From a virus: a stretch of DNA of 64,000 nucleotides. Shown in pieces: positions 18,597-27,741 of the stretch (position 1 is the first letter of the stretch; every line of letters begins with the position of its first letter). The notes beneath the pieces are model-generated. The model did no database searches. It was not told where the DNA came from and was given only the letters and a program-made list of their open reading frames with translations. Location: positions 9,134 to 73,133 of IMG/VR virus record IMGVR_UViG_3300043811_000050. One strand, written 5' to 3'. A program made the position numbers and the translations under genes.

Positions 18597-19129
18597 ATCA
18601 GCCCCCTCGCTTTGGCCAATGCTTCGAGACTGTCAAGAATAGCAAAGGTCTCGAGGCCAAGCTGTGTTCCGCCGCGGGTTTGTCGCCAGTGCTTATGCGC
18701 CTCTGGCAGGGTGAAATAACGGCACCCCGCCTTTACCATGGGTTCGGAATCCTGGGTCAACTTTTGTAGTAGAAAGTGATAGCCGTCTGAGCGAACGCCA
18801 CCTTGAATAATCCATTGATCCCTAAGGTAGACCCCGCTGAGATAGGCCCCGCTAAGATTGGCCCCGCTAAGATTGGCCCCGCTGAGATTGGCCCCGCTAA
18901 GATTGGCCCAGCCGAGATTGGCCCCGCTAAGATTGGCCCAGTCGAGGTCAGCCCCTCTAAGGTTGGCCCCCCTAAGGTCGGCTCCGGTGAGATCGGCCAC
19001 GTTGAGATCGGCCCCGGTGAGGTCGGCCCCAGTGAGGTCGGCCCCGTTGAGGTCAGCTCCGGTGAGGTCGGCCCCACCAAAATTTCGCCGGCCGCTTTCA
19101 TACGCTGCTAACAGTTCATCTCTTGTCAT
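18593..19129 (-). CDS. Pentapeptide-repeat protein
   Basis: Tandem A(D/N)LxG repeats (15-bp DNA period, ~18830-19075); AGGAGG RBS before ATG 19129. Confidence 0.9.
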   Translation of the reverse strand: MTRDELLAAYESGRRNFGGADLTGADLNGADLTGADLTGADLNVADLTGADLRGANLRGADLDWANLSGANLGWANLSGANLSGANLSGANLSGAYLSGVYLRDQWIIQGGVRSDGYHFLLQKLTQDSEPMVKAGCRYFTLPEAHKHWRQTRGGTQLGLETFAILDSLEALAKARGLI

Positions 19130-19195
19130 AATTCCTCCTACGCCCCGCATGTCGCGGCTGGAGGCCCCCGGCATGGCCGAGGGCCTCGGGTCGCT

Positions 19196-19387
19196 TCAGT
19201 CCCCCGTCATTACGGCCAGCGCCTGCGACATGCGGTAGTGGACCGCCTGCACGAGCTGCAGCTCGAAGGCCTCGCGCGCGGCGCGCAGCGCCTCGGCGTG
19301 GACGTCCTGGGTAGCCGCCTGGGCGGCGTCCAGTTTCTCCAGCAGCGTGCGAAGGCTCTGCGTCTTGGTTTTGACTAGCTGGTTCAT
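19196..19387 (-). CDS. Small early helical protein
   Basis: AGGAG RBS; first gene after promoter at 19432-19460. Confidence 0.65.
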   Translation of the reverse strand: MNQLVKTKTQSLRTLLEKLDAAQAATQDVHAEALRAAREAFELQLVQAVHYRMSQALAVMTGD

Positions 19388-19431
19388 GGTGATTCTCCTG
19401 TGATGCCGGGGTCCCATCCCCGACAATTCCG

Positions 19432-19460
19432 ATAATACGCCTCTTGATAAAAATATCAAG
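19432..19460 (-). promoter_or_regulatory. Sigma70-like promoter with palindromic operator
   Basis: Minus strand TTGATA-N16-TATTAT; CTTGATA-AAAA-TATCAAG 19443-19460; A/T tract upstream. Confidence 0.75.
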
Positions 19461-19488
19461 CCCTTTGATGCTGATTTTTTAAAAAAGT

Positions 19489-19662
19489 TCAGCCATAACC
19501 ATGGTGCTGCCGGCTGAGGTCCCAGTCAACCTGCCACCGCGCCTCAAGGTCGCGACGGGCCGCTGCTTCGGTGGCGAAAGTGCCGTAGACGCGGCCCCGG
19601 ACGACCAGAAACCAGCCCTCGAGGAGCTGGAACACTTGGTCTTGGACGTGGAGAGGTTCCAT
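19489..19662 (-). CDS. Small hypothetical protein
   Basis: 'WF......YG.F.TE..A' pattern; 57 aa. Confidence 0.5.
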   Translation of the reverse strand: MEPLHVQDQVFQLLEGWFLVVRGRVYGTFATEAAARRDLEARWQVDWDLSRQHHGYG

Positions 19663-19699
19663 AACATTCGTTATCCAGTTTCGGTTCCCGCTGTCGCGG

Positions 19700-20057
19700 C
19701 TAGGACTTGTTGTGGCTCCGCCATAAGGCATGAGCCCGCCCAAAACAGTACCCTCCGATAAAGAACAACGCGGCGATCACTATGAGCCCAATCATATTGG
19801 CAGTCCTCCCGTCGTCAGCATCATCCAGAACCCGCCTGCGGCGAGGAAGCCGCTTATCGCGGCCACCTCGATCGCTGTGATGAGGGCCTCGCGGATCATT
19901 TGGATGGCACCGTAGGCATGATGCGCAGATCGCCACAATTGCCAGGACCAATGTATTCAACGTTCGATCCGGCACCGAGATAGGCCGCGCGGCCTACAAT
20001 CGCGAATAGGTAGCCATGGTTGGCTGCGGTCTGAAGGTTGATTTCGATCCGTGTCAT
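19700..20057 (-). CDS. Three coupled micro-ORFs (20057-19896, 19899-19792, 19795-19700)
   Basis: ATGA overlaps; 53, 35 and 31 aa, the last two single-TM peptides. Confidence 0.55.
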
Positions 20058-20085
20058 TTCTGTATTCCCCGTTGCTGATGACTGG

Positions 20086-20114
20086 ACTATACACCTCTTG
20101 ATATTTTTATCAAG
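20086..20114 (-). promoter_or_regulatory. Sigma70-like promoter with palindromic operator
   Basis: Minus strand TTGATA-N16-TATAGT; CTTGATA-TTTT-TATCAAG 20097-20114. Confidence 0.75.
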
Positions 20115-20118
20115 CCCC

Positions 20119-20520
20119 TCACTGATCTTTTTTCAAAATTCTTTCCACTGCCTCCCAGTCCCACCGCCCCGGCCACCCTTCCTCCCGCAGCATCGGCCTT
20201 ATGGCCTTGAGCCCCCCGGTCTTGAGCCCTTTGGCGTCCTTGCCACGGTACAGCCACAGCTCATCTATCCGCCGGACGGCAATGAACACCCGTCCACCCA
20301 ACCGCGCCCGCCGGTCAATCCATGCAACCTGGAACGGCCAGGACTTGGTCTTTGGGATCACCCATCCTTTGGTCTGCTTGTATTCAATCCATCCCTGGAT
20401 GCCACCGGGAAAACAGAACTCGCTGTCTGGTATCCCACGCTCTGTCTGCCCGGACTCGATTGAAGTCCACTGCGCGGACTTGATGTGCTTGCGGAACAGC
20501 TGGCGGAGTCCACCGTCCAT
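20119..20520 (-). CDS. VRR-NUC/Holliday-junction-resolvase-like nuclease
   Basis: 'IES.....GIPD', 'WIEYK', 'Q.AW..RR...GGRVFI'. Confidence 0.8.
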   Translation of the reverse strand: MDGGLRQLFRKHIKSAQWTSIESGQTERGIPDSEFCFPGGIQGWIEYKQTKGWVIPKTKSWPFQVAWIDRRARLGGRVFIAVRRIDELWLYRGKDAKGLKTGGLKAIRPMLREEGWPGRWDWEAVERILKKDQ

Positions 20521-20552
20521 TGTGAGGTCCTTTAGGCCATTTAAGCAGGGGC

Positions 20553-20581
20553 TTGCTTTTTTATTTTACCCGTTTTATCCT
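20553..20581 (+). promoter_or_regulatory. Sigma70-like promoter for the replication block
   Basis: TTGCTT-N17-TATCCT, same GGGCTTG context as leftward promoters; AGGAGG RBS follows. Confidence 0.65.
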
Positions 20582-20604
20582 ATGGGTCCACACAGGAGGT
20601 TAGC

Positions 20605-20808
20605 ATGGAAAAAAAACCGTACTGCCTTCGCGGCCCGATGTACCGACTTAGACATGGTGATGAAGTCCGCACGACCTATGACATGGTCGGACGCGTTGTT
20701 GAATTTCCAAAGAGCGCCCCCGGATTGGTCCTTCTCCAATTCCCCGACGGGAAAAAGGCCCTCCATCATATTGACTATTTAAGATTTGAGCATAGGGGGC
20801 AGGCATGA
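20605..20808 (+). CDS. Small SH3/KOW-like protein
   Basis: Strong RBS; 'GD.V......G.VV' pattern. Confidence 0.6.
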   Translation: MEKKPYCLRGPMYRLRHGDEVRTTYDMVGRVVEFPKSAPGLVLLQFPDGKKALHHIDYLRFEHRGQA

Positions 20809-21398
20809 ACACCCCCAGCGCGGCCTTGGCCGCAGCAATAACAAACGCCAGACTTGCCCTCAACCCGGATAAGCTCGACCGCCTGCGCGAGGCCACGAAA
20901 CACTTACGTAACCTGACACTCGAGGCCAACGACCTCGAAGTCCAGCTCAAGTCCCGCAAGGGCGAAATCGACACCATGACCAAGTCGACCCTTCCCGCCC
21001 TATTCGAGGAAGCCGGCGTCACATCCATCGGCATCGAGGCCGAGGGCAATATGCCGGCCTATGAGGCCAGGACGCAGCCCTATTATCACGCTAATATCAA
21101 AGCGGACTGGGAGCCGGAAAAGAAGAACGAGGCATTCACCTGGCTGACGGACCACGGGCACGGTGACCTTATCAAAGCGGTCATCACCGTTGAGTTCGGC
21201 CGTGGTGAATATGGCACCATGAAGAAGGTCGAGGATTGGCTCAGGGAGTCCAAGGTGGTTTACACCAACGACCGTGCGGTTCCCTGGGCCACCTTAACCG
21301 CATTCGTGAAAGAACAGATCACAAAGCACAATACCATTCCGCCCTTGGAAACCTTGGGAGCGACAGTGGGGAAAGTGGTTAAGTTAAAGCAGCTATAA
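20805..21398 (+). CDS. Conserved phage replication-module protein
   Basis: 'LP.L..E.G', 'AF.WL...GHGDLIK', 'V.W.TL.AFVKEQ'; usual position upstream of SSB. Confidence 0.75.
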   Translation: MNTPSAALAAAITNARLALNPDKLDRLREATKHLRNLTLEANDLEVQLKSRKGEIDTMTKSTLPALFEEAGVTSIGIEAEGNMPAYEARTQPYYHANIKADWEPEKKNEAFTWLTDHGHGDLIKAVITVEFGRGEYGTMKKVEDWLRESKVVYTNDRAVPWATLTAFVKEQITKHNTIPPLETLGATVGKVVKLKQL

Positions 21399-21627
21399 GT
21401 ATAATGCGATGGCGTAACTATCAAGAATGGAGAGATGAGATGATCTTTATAGGACCACTATTATCGCTTATAGGATTATGCATAGCGATATCTTCCGGGC
21501 AGACATGGTCGATTGTTTTTTGCTCAGAACAGACTGGACATGCAGGAATTGGTTGAGAGGCCAATCTTGAGCCAGCCGGAGACGTGACAGCCCGGAGAGA
21601 CGGGGCACAATTTAACAGGAGGTACCA

Positions 21628-22422
21628 ATGGCAAGTGCAAAGGTAAAGGAACGTCAGGAACCCGTACCCATCAAGCACGTCGGCCCCCCGGCCGAGCTCG
21701 CCAACCGCTTTGCCGCCGACGCTGGCAAGGGGCTGTCGACCGATCAAGCGGACAATATGGTTCCGTTGATCTATTTGTTGCAGGCCGGCAGCCCGCAAGT
21801 CAAAAAGGGCGACCCCAACCGCATTGAAGGGGCCGAGGCCGGCGACTTCTGGCTGCGCAACGCGACTGATCCTATTATCAAGGGCGAAGACGGGCTGCTG
21901 TTTCAGCCTTGCTACTTTGAGAAAGATTTTGTTGAATGGCAGCCCAACCGCCAAGGCCTCGTGGCCCGTCATCGGGATATTCCCAACGATGTCACCGAAG
22001 AACCACACCCGAAAAATCCAAACCGAAAGATCCTGGTCAGGGAAAATGGCAACGAGATAGCCGAAACCCGTTACCATATCGGCCGGATTCTTAACCGTGA
22101 CCCTCCATTGTCCTACATCATTACTTTCACCTCTACCGGCCATACAGTCTCCCGCAACTGGATGTTCATGATGAACAGCAAGCAGTACCGGGGGGTCAAA
22201 GTTCCGTCATTTGCCCGCAGCTATTGGCTCAACACCTTGGTCAAGACCAAAGGGCCGGACAGCTGGTTCATGGTAACGGTCAAGGACGGGGATTGGGTAT
22301 CGGCCGAGGACTATGCGGCGGGAGAGGCGCTGTACAATGCCTTCAACACCGGGGCCAAGGTGGCCGAGGCGCCGGCGGCGACCGAACCGGGGGCGGTGGA
22401 GCGGGACGAGGTGCCGTTTTAA
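21628..22422 (+). CDS. Putative single-stranded DNA-binding protein
   Basis: 'P.I.LLQ..SPQV....IEGA.AG'; acidic tail ending 'DEVPF'; AGGAGG RBS. Confidence 0.7.
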   Translation: MASAKVKERQEPVPIKHVGPPAELANRFAADAGKGLSTDQADNMVPLIYLLQAGSPQVKKGDPNRIEGAEAGDFWLRNATDPIIKGEDGLLFQPCYFEKDFVEWQPNRQGLVARHRDIPNDVTEEPHPKNPNRKILVRENGNEIAETRYHIGRILNRDPPLSYIITFTSTGHTVSRNWMFMMNSKQYRGVKVPSFARSYWLNTLVKTKGPDSWFMVTVKDGDWVSAEDYAAGEALYNAFNTGAKVAEAPAATEPGAVERDEVPF

Positions 22423-22447
22423 CTGTTAAAACAGTTTCAAACTTCCA

Positions 22448-22470
22448 GCCCTGGCTAATAAAGCCAGGGC
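22448..22470 (+). terminator. Hairpin after SSB (possible terminator/processing site)
   Basis: GCCCTGGCT-AATAA-AGCCAGGGC, no clear U tract. Confidence 0.4.
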
Positions 22471-22488
22471 ATTCACAGGAGAACAAAA

Positions 22489-22989
22489 ATGGAAATGATG
22501 GCTGCTAGACAAGGACAGACCAAGGTGACCGGAGACGCCAAGGCGGCCGGGGACCAGGGCCCAGTGTTTATTGACGAAGACATTGTCAAGGGAAACGAGA
22601 ACTTGACCCTTGGCCCAGGCTACTTTTCTGCCCGTCGTTTTGCCCAGAAAGTCACGGCTGATTTTCAGGCCGAGTTCTTTGAGCCCTTGCTCAAGGACTT
22701 CGAAACCCGATTTATCATGCGCCTGTGGGACGCGGTTACTGACAGTCTGATCAAGGATACCGAGTATAATATTCAGAGCCATGTTTGGCGCACCGTCGAT
22801 GACATTATAAAGGGGCTACTTTCCGGCGAAACCTGGATCATGCGCAAGTATGTCCTGGGGGAGAAGTATGATTGTGAAAAGGTGCGCGCTACGGTGGCTC
22901 ATTACGTGCCGGCAGAGCTGCAGGACAAGAGAATAGCCGAGCTGGAGGAAGAAATCCAAGAGCTGCGAAAGCGGCTGGATTATAAATAA
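22489..22989 (+). CDS. Hypothetical protein
   Basis: AGGAG RBS; C-terminal coiled coil. Confidence 0.65.
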   Translation: MEMMAARQGQTKVTGDAKAAGDQGPVFIDEDIVKGNENLTLGPGYFSARRFAQKVTADFQAEFFEPLLKDFETRFIMRLWDAVTDSLIKDTEYNIQSHVWRTVDDIIKGLLSGETWIMRKYVLGEKYDCEKVRATVAHYVPAELQDKRIAELEEEIQELRKRLDYK

Positions 22990-23124
22990 ACACGCGGTCC
23001 AAGTGCGGCCTTGAATGCCCGGAGCCTGGCATTCTAAGAAGTGGGCGCCCGCCCCCTCCTGTGGGGTCAGTACTTGGGGAAACTCCGGCGCGGAGCCGCA
23101 TTTTATTAAGAAAGAGCCACGGGT

Positions 23125-23307
23125 ATGGCACTAATTGCTTTTACTGTGAGTAAAGACGATGTGGCACTAATTGCTGCCGCGCCGGATATGCTGGCAGCAC
23201 TGCGAATTGTCACGGCTCAATTAACTACAATAGATAACGAGGAAGCGTGCAACGCAGTACGCATCGCCATCAGCAAAGCGGAAGGAAAAGCCTGCCATGG
23301 ACCATAA
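23125..23307 (+). CDS. Small phage protein with LIAAAPD motif
   Basis: 'ALIAAAPDMLAAL...AI.KAEG'. Confidence 0.6.
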   Translation: MALIAFTVSKDDVALIAAAPDMLAALRIVTAQLTTIDNEEACNAVRIAISKAEGKACHGP

Positions 23308-23971
23308 ACCATTCATCTGGGACCTCTTCGCCGGCTACACCAAGGCCTACGGCCGCTATGACCTTAGCAAGCAACGCACCAACGACCGGGGCAAGGTGGA
23401 AGGCAAGGCGCTCACAATCAAGGAACCGGTAACACAGGCGCTATGGGAGGCCCATTTGGCAGGACATGGACCAGGGCTCGGAATCATTCCGCTGCGGACG
23501 GACAATACCGTCATCTGGGCCTGTATTGATATTGATATTTATAATCTTGACCTCGCAGCCCTTGAGGCCAAAATCCATAAGCTCCAACTGCCGCTGGTCA
23601 TAGTGCGAACCAAAAGTGGTGGCGCCCATTGCTTCCTGTTCCTGGAGAAACCAACGCCGGCCAAGGACGTCCGCAATACCATGGAATCCTGGGCCGCCGC
23701 CCTCGGGCATGGAGGTTGCGAAATCTTTCCCAAGCAGACTAGCCGCTACGATGAGGACCACGATCTCGGCAACTGGTTAAATATGCCATATTACTATGCC
23801 GAAAAGACCTTGCGTTATGGGATTCGGGATGGGCAGCGGCTGTCACTGGATGAGTTTGTGGAGTATGCATGGGGGAAGCGGGTTGATCTGGAAACCATTC
23901 CAAGCCCTTTAGCTCAGAGGAGGACAGCTCAAATAATTTCAATGAAGGCCCACCCTGTCTTCAGCACCTAG
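23297..23971 (+). CDS. Primase N-terminal part (AEP/primase-polymerase catalytic domain)
   Basis: 'W..HL.G....LGIIP', 'IDID', 'RTKSGGAH.FLF', 'EIFPKQ', 'GN.LN.PY'. Confidence 0.85.
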   Translation: MDHKPFIWDLFAGYTKAYGRYDLSKQRTNDRGKVEGKALTIKEPVTQALWEAHLAGHGPGLGIIPLRTDNTVIWACIDIDIYNLDLAALEAKIHKLQLPLVIVRTKSGGAHCFLFLEKPTPAKDVRNTMESWAAALGHGGCEIFPKQTSRYDEDHDLGNWLNMPYYYAEKTLRYGIRDGQRLSLDEFVEYAWGKRVDLETIPSPLAQRRTAQIISMKAHPVFST

Positions 23972-23976
23972 AACGT

Positions 23977-24828
23977 ATGGGCGGTTTCCCGGAACATCGC
24001 AACGACGGCATGTACAACGTGGCAGTCTACCTGCGCAAGCGGTTCCCGGATGACTGGCAGGACAGAATCCAAGAGTATAATGTCAGAATGTGCACCCCGC
24101 CGCTGACCCTTTCCGAACTAAACACAATAGTAAAATCTGTTGGCAGCAAGGCTTATGGCTACCGTTGCAAGCATCAACCCATTGCTGCCCATTGCCATCG
24201 ACGCTCTTGCCTGGGCCGCACCTATGGGGTCGGGGAAACTGGGGAAGGCGGCACCCAGCCAGAAATAGGGTCCATTACCAAATATGTCGGGGACCCCGTG
24301 CTGTGGTTCCTGGAAATCAGCAACACCAGGATTATGCTGACGACGGAGGAGCTGCTTAACCAGAACCTGTTCAAGAAAAAAGTGGTCGACAGCAACATCA
24401 ATAGAATTCCCGCCACTCTGCCCCCGGCCCGCTGGGGCAAGTTCGTGGATGAGAAGCTGCGGTCATGCGAGATCGTAGAAGTACCAGTCGACGCCAGTCC
24501 CACCGGGCAGTTCCAGATGCTGGTCGAGCAATTTGCCACCGGACAGGCCCAGGCCACCTCAAAAGAGGAACTGGTTCATCGCCATTCACCGTTCAAGGCC
24601 GGGGATGGCGAAGTATGGTTCCGCTCCCGCGGCCTGCTGGAATACCTGGCGCTCCATAGTTTCAAATACAAATCCGAGCACCATGTCTGGCAAATGCTGC
24701 GCGACATGAAGGGGGAAAGCCGGCTGGTCAAGATCAAGGGAAAAAACTATAATATATGGGTGATACCGGAGCCGGAGCGGGGAGCTGAGGACACGCCGCT
24801 GCCGGAGTTCGGGACGAAGGAGTTTTGA
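23977..24828 (+). CDS. Primase C-terminal part (PriCT + Cys cluster + winged helix); frame open from 23887
   Basis: 'RN.GMYN.AVY', 'PL...E...I.KS', 'Y.C...PI...C....C..R.YG'; upstream in-frame 'GPPCL'. Confidence 0.8.
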   Translation: MGGFPEHRNDGMYNVAVYLRKRFPDDWQDRIQEYNVRMCTPPLTLSELNTIVKSVGSKAYGYRCKHQPIAAHCHRRSCLGRTYGVGETGEGGTQPEIGSITKYVGDPVLWFLEISNTRIMLTTEELLNQNLFKKKVVDSNINRIPATLPPARWGKFVDEKLRSCEIVEVPVDASPTGQFQMLVEQFATGQAQATSKEELVHRHSPFKAGDGEVWFRSRGLLEYLALHSFKYKSEHHVWQMLRDMKGESRLVKIKGKNYNIWVIPEPERGAEDTPLPEFGTKEF

Positions 24829-24832
24829 AACA

Positions 24833-25030
24833 ATGAGACAGTTTGACCATGTAAGATTAGTGAAAATAAAAATACCGCCTAATGAGTATCAATTATCCGA
24901 TATCTATATTGGATGCACTGGGTACATAATAGAAGTTAAGGAAGGATTAGGCCGCCTTGTTTTGGACGCTGGGCCATCTTTATGGTGCGACGATGAAATG
25001 ATAGAAACCGTAGAGGACGGCAAGCTATGA
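24833..25030 (+). CDS. Small hypothetical protein
   Basis: AAGGAG RBS; AT-rich. Confidence 0.55.
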   Translation: MRQFDHVRLVKIKIPPNEYQLSDIYIGCTGYIIEVKEGLGRLVLDAGPSLWCDDEMIETVEDGKL

Positions 25031-25254
25031 ACGACTTGGGGGACGCGGACGTGCAGATTTTCATCTTGATCGTCGCCGCCATGGCATACGTTGGAGCCGC
25101 TGCTGGTTTTTACAGCGTGTTGGAAGAGGTCCATCTTAACATGGCAAAGAAATATACAAGTTGGCAAGTGCAGTTCGGGCGCGTCACCGTCGCAATGTGC
25201 TGGCCCGCCATTGCGGCCTATGTTTGGGCTAAAGAATACTTAGGTCGCCGATAA
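25027..25254 (+). CDS. Small membrane protein
   Basis: Two hydrophobic segments; ATGA coupling. Confidence 0.55.
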   Translation: MNDLGDADVQIFILIVAAMAYVGAAAGFYSVLEEVHLNMAKKYTSWQVQFGRVTVAMCWPAIAAYVWAKEYLGRR

Positions 25255-25269
25255 CTCAGGAGACAAGCC

Positions 25270-25812
25270 ATGAACATCATGCTCGATTTGGAGACTTGGG
25301 GGATGCGGCCGGGGTGTGCGATTCGCAGCATCGGCGCCATAGCGTTCGATTTTAATATTGCTGGTGAGGCTGCAGTATTCTACCGCAATATTGACGAACT
25401 GAGCTGCAGGGAAGCGGGGCTTGTATTCGAGAAAAGCACAATCGATTGGTGGAACCAGCAATCGAAAGAGTCGATAGACGCCCTGGGCGTCGCCCCGAAG
25501 CCACTGCTGATCATCGTGCGAGAGTTCAAGGGATGGTGGGCGAAGCTCGCCGCCGACAAGGTATGGTCGCAAGGGGCCAACTTCGACTCAGTCCTGTGGG
25601 AGTTCGCATGCCGTGCCGTAGGCCTTGAGGCACCATGGCGATTCTTCAACGTGCGTGACACCAGGACGCTCTACGATGCTGCTGGGCTCAATTACCAAGC
25701 AGTTCCTCGTGAAGGCATCGAACACCACGCCCTCGACGATTGCCGACACCAGATCATGCTCTGCCGCATGGCGTGGCAGACAATCAAGAGCAGGACAAAG
25801 GCGCCAGCATGA
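25270..25812 (+). CDS. DEDDh 3'-5' exonuclease
   Basis: 'MLDLET', 'SIGA', 'TIDWW', 'GANFD', 'RDTRT', 'HHALDDC..Q'. Confidence 0.9.
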   Translation: MNIMLDLETWGMRPGCAIRSIGAIAFDFNIAGEAAVFYRNIDELSCREAGLVFEKSTIDWWNQQSKESIDALGVAPKPLLIIVREFKGWWAKLAADKVWSQGANFDSVLWEFACRAVGLEAPWRFFNVRDTRTLYDAAGLNYQAVPREGIEHHALDDCRHQIMLCRMAWQTIKSRTKAPA

Positions 25813-27284
25813 GAACCCACATCATCTACGGTCCTCCCGGCACTGGCAAAACCACGACTCTGCTTGACGAAGTGGATGCTGCCCTGCAGGTCGGAGTCGA
25901 CCCCAGTCGCATCGGATTCTTCACCTTCACCCGCAAGGCGGCCAATGAGGCCATTACGCGGGCAACCAGTCGTTTCCCCTATACCCAGGACGATTTCCTC
26001 TGGTTCCGCACGCTGCATTCGGCCGCCTTCAAGCTGCTGGGTCTGCGGCGTGACGAAGTCATGGGAACCAGCCATTACCGCGAGCTGGGGGCAGCGCTGG
26101 GATGCTTTACCTTCCGGCACAGCTATGGGGCAACAATCGAGCGTCCACCCCAGGACGGTGGCCTTGGTGACCGTGCCCTGTCCATCTATTCCCTGGCCAG
26201 GGCCAAGCAGGTCTCCGTCGAGCAGGCCTGGCGCGAAGCAGTCGATCCGCGCATCAGCCTACAGGACGTCCTGCGGTTTTCCAGCGCACTGAACGAATAC
26301 AAAAAAGCCATGGCCATCTTGGACTTTAACGATTTCATGGATCACGAAAGCCACGGCCCGCTTGATCTCGACCTCATGATCCTTGATGAAGGCCAGGACT
26401 TTACACATCAGCAATGGGAGTTCGCCCGCCGCATCGGAGCCATGGCAAAGCGCATCATTATCGCGGGCGACGATGACCAGACCATATTTGAATGGTCGGG
26501 CGCCGACTTGCAAAGTTTTCTGAGTTTCAAGGGCGAAATGAAGGTGCTGCCGCGGTCGTGGCGCCTGCCACAGAAGATATGGCTGAAGGTCGAGAGCATT
26601 TCCCGGCAGATCAAGGTCAGGCGGCCGAAGAGTTGGCAGGCCAAGAGCAATGAGCAAGGGGAAGTCCATTACCTCGACCACTTCGACCAGATACCACTGC
26701 GTGGGGTGTCCTCGTGGCTGCTGCTGACCCGTAATGTCTACCAATTGCCGGCTCTAGTCAAAGCGTGCCGAGACCAGGGCGTGGTCTACCAGCACGAGGG
26801 GGAGTGGTCAAACCGGGCTGCCTCAGTGCGCGCGGTTGTGGCCTATGAGCGTTTGCGGCGGGGCGAGACGCTCAGCGGAATCGAAGCCGGACTGGTGGTG
26901 CGGCATATCAGCGGCATGGAGCCACTGGCCGAGCCGCAAAAGAAATTCGCCTGGAACGATCTGACATTCCCATTCCAAGGCCGGCCGGACTGGATGGCCG
27001 CCCTGACGGCACTGGGGACCGACGAGCGCGAATACATACGCCGCCTGCGGCGCGAGGGCGAACCACTCAGCAAGCCAGGGCGAGTGGTCATAAGCACCAT
27101 CCATGGCGCCAAGGGGGGCGAAGCCGACTGCGTCATGGTTAGCCCCGACATCACCAAGCGCGTCATGATGGGAATGCAGCACGATCGCGACCAGGAGATG
27201 CGGGTGTGGTATGTTGCGGCGTCGCGGGCTCGGGAGCGGCTGTACTTGGCAAAGCCGCAGACGACAAGGTTTGTGGAGCTATAG
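25809..27284 (+). CDS. UvrD-like SF1 DNA helicase
   Basis: 'GPPGTGKTT', 'FTRKAA.EA', 'TLHS', 'DEGQD', 'GDDDQ.I..W.GA', 'STIHGAKGGEAD', 'YVA.SRA'. Confidence 0.92.
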   Translation: MRTHIIYGPPGTGKTTTLLDEVDAALQVGVDPSRIGFFTFTRKAANEAITRATSRFPYTQDDFLWFRTLHSAAFKLLGLRRDEVMGTSHYRELGAALGCFTFRHSYGATIERPPQDGGLGDRALSIYSLARAKQVSVEQAWREAVDPRISLQDVLRFSSALNEYKKAMAILDFNDFMDHESHGPLDLDLMILDEGQDFTHQQWEFARRIGAMAKRIIIAGDDDQTIFEWSGADLQSFLSFKGEMKVLPRSWRLPQKIWLKVESISRQIKVRRPKSWQAKSNEQGEVHYLDHFDQIPLRGVSSWLLLTRNVYQLPALVKACRDQGVVYQHEGEWSNRAASVRAVVAYERLRRGETLSGIEAGLVVRHISGMEPLAEPQKKFAWNDLTFPFQGRPDWMAALTALGTDEREYIRRLRREGEPLSKPGRVVISTIHGAKGGEADCVMVSPDITKRVMMGMQHDRDQEMRVWYVAASRARERLYLAKPQTTRFVEL

Positions 27285-27297
27285 TGAGGAGTTCATA

Positions 27298-27741
27298 ATG
27301 GGCTGGTGGCATAATATCGCCGATGGCAGACTCCCTGACTTCATAATTGGGGATAAGGATAATCCATATCTTCGCCGCTGGTGGATCATCCCACGCAACA
27401 ATTTTGCCAATGCCTATTTGCATCAGTTCCTGCGATCGGACGATGAGCCGCTACATGACCATATGTATATTAACCTGAGCTACCTGCTTGAGGGCGCTTA
27501 TGTAGAACACACAATTGCCCAAGGTGGCGTGCACCATGCACAGCGTTATTCGGCCGGCGACTTCCGCTTCCGCTTGCCTTGGACAGCACATCGTATTGAA
27601 ATCAAGGAGCCATGCTGGTCTCTCTTTCTGACTGGCCCTCGTGTCCGGGAGTGGGGCTTCCATTGTCCAAAAGGCTGGCGCCACTGGCGCGAATTTACTG
27701 ATGAACGTGACGCTGGGGCAATTGGGAAAGGATGCGAATAA
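27298..27741 (+). CDS. Cupin-fold phage protein
   Basis: 'YLRRW', 'YLHQF..SD....HDH', 'HRI', 'TGPR.REWGF'. Confidence 0.75.
   Translation: MGWWHNIADGRLPDFIIGDKDNPYLRRWWIIPRNNFANAYLHQFLRSDDEPLHDHMYINLSYLLEGAYVEHTIAQGGVHHAQRYSAGDFRFRLPWTAHRIEIKEPCWSLFLTGPRVREWGFHCPKGWRHWREFTDERDAGAIGKGCE

Noticed and set aside
18757-19238. Overlapping repetitive ORFs (GPISA, IGPAK, APLRL) on both strands
   Set aside because: Shadow frames of the 15-bp pentapeptide repeat gene.
23126-23175. 14-bp repeat TGGCACTAATTGCT
   Set aside because: Short local in-frame duplication within one small ORF; no evident function.
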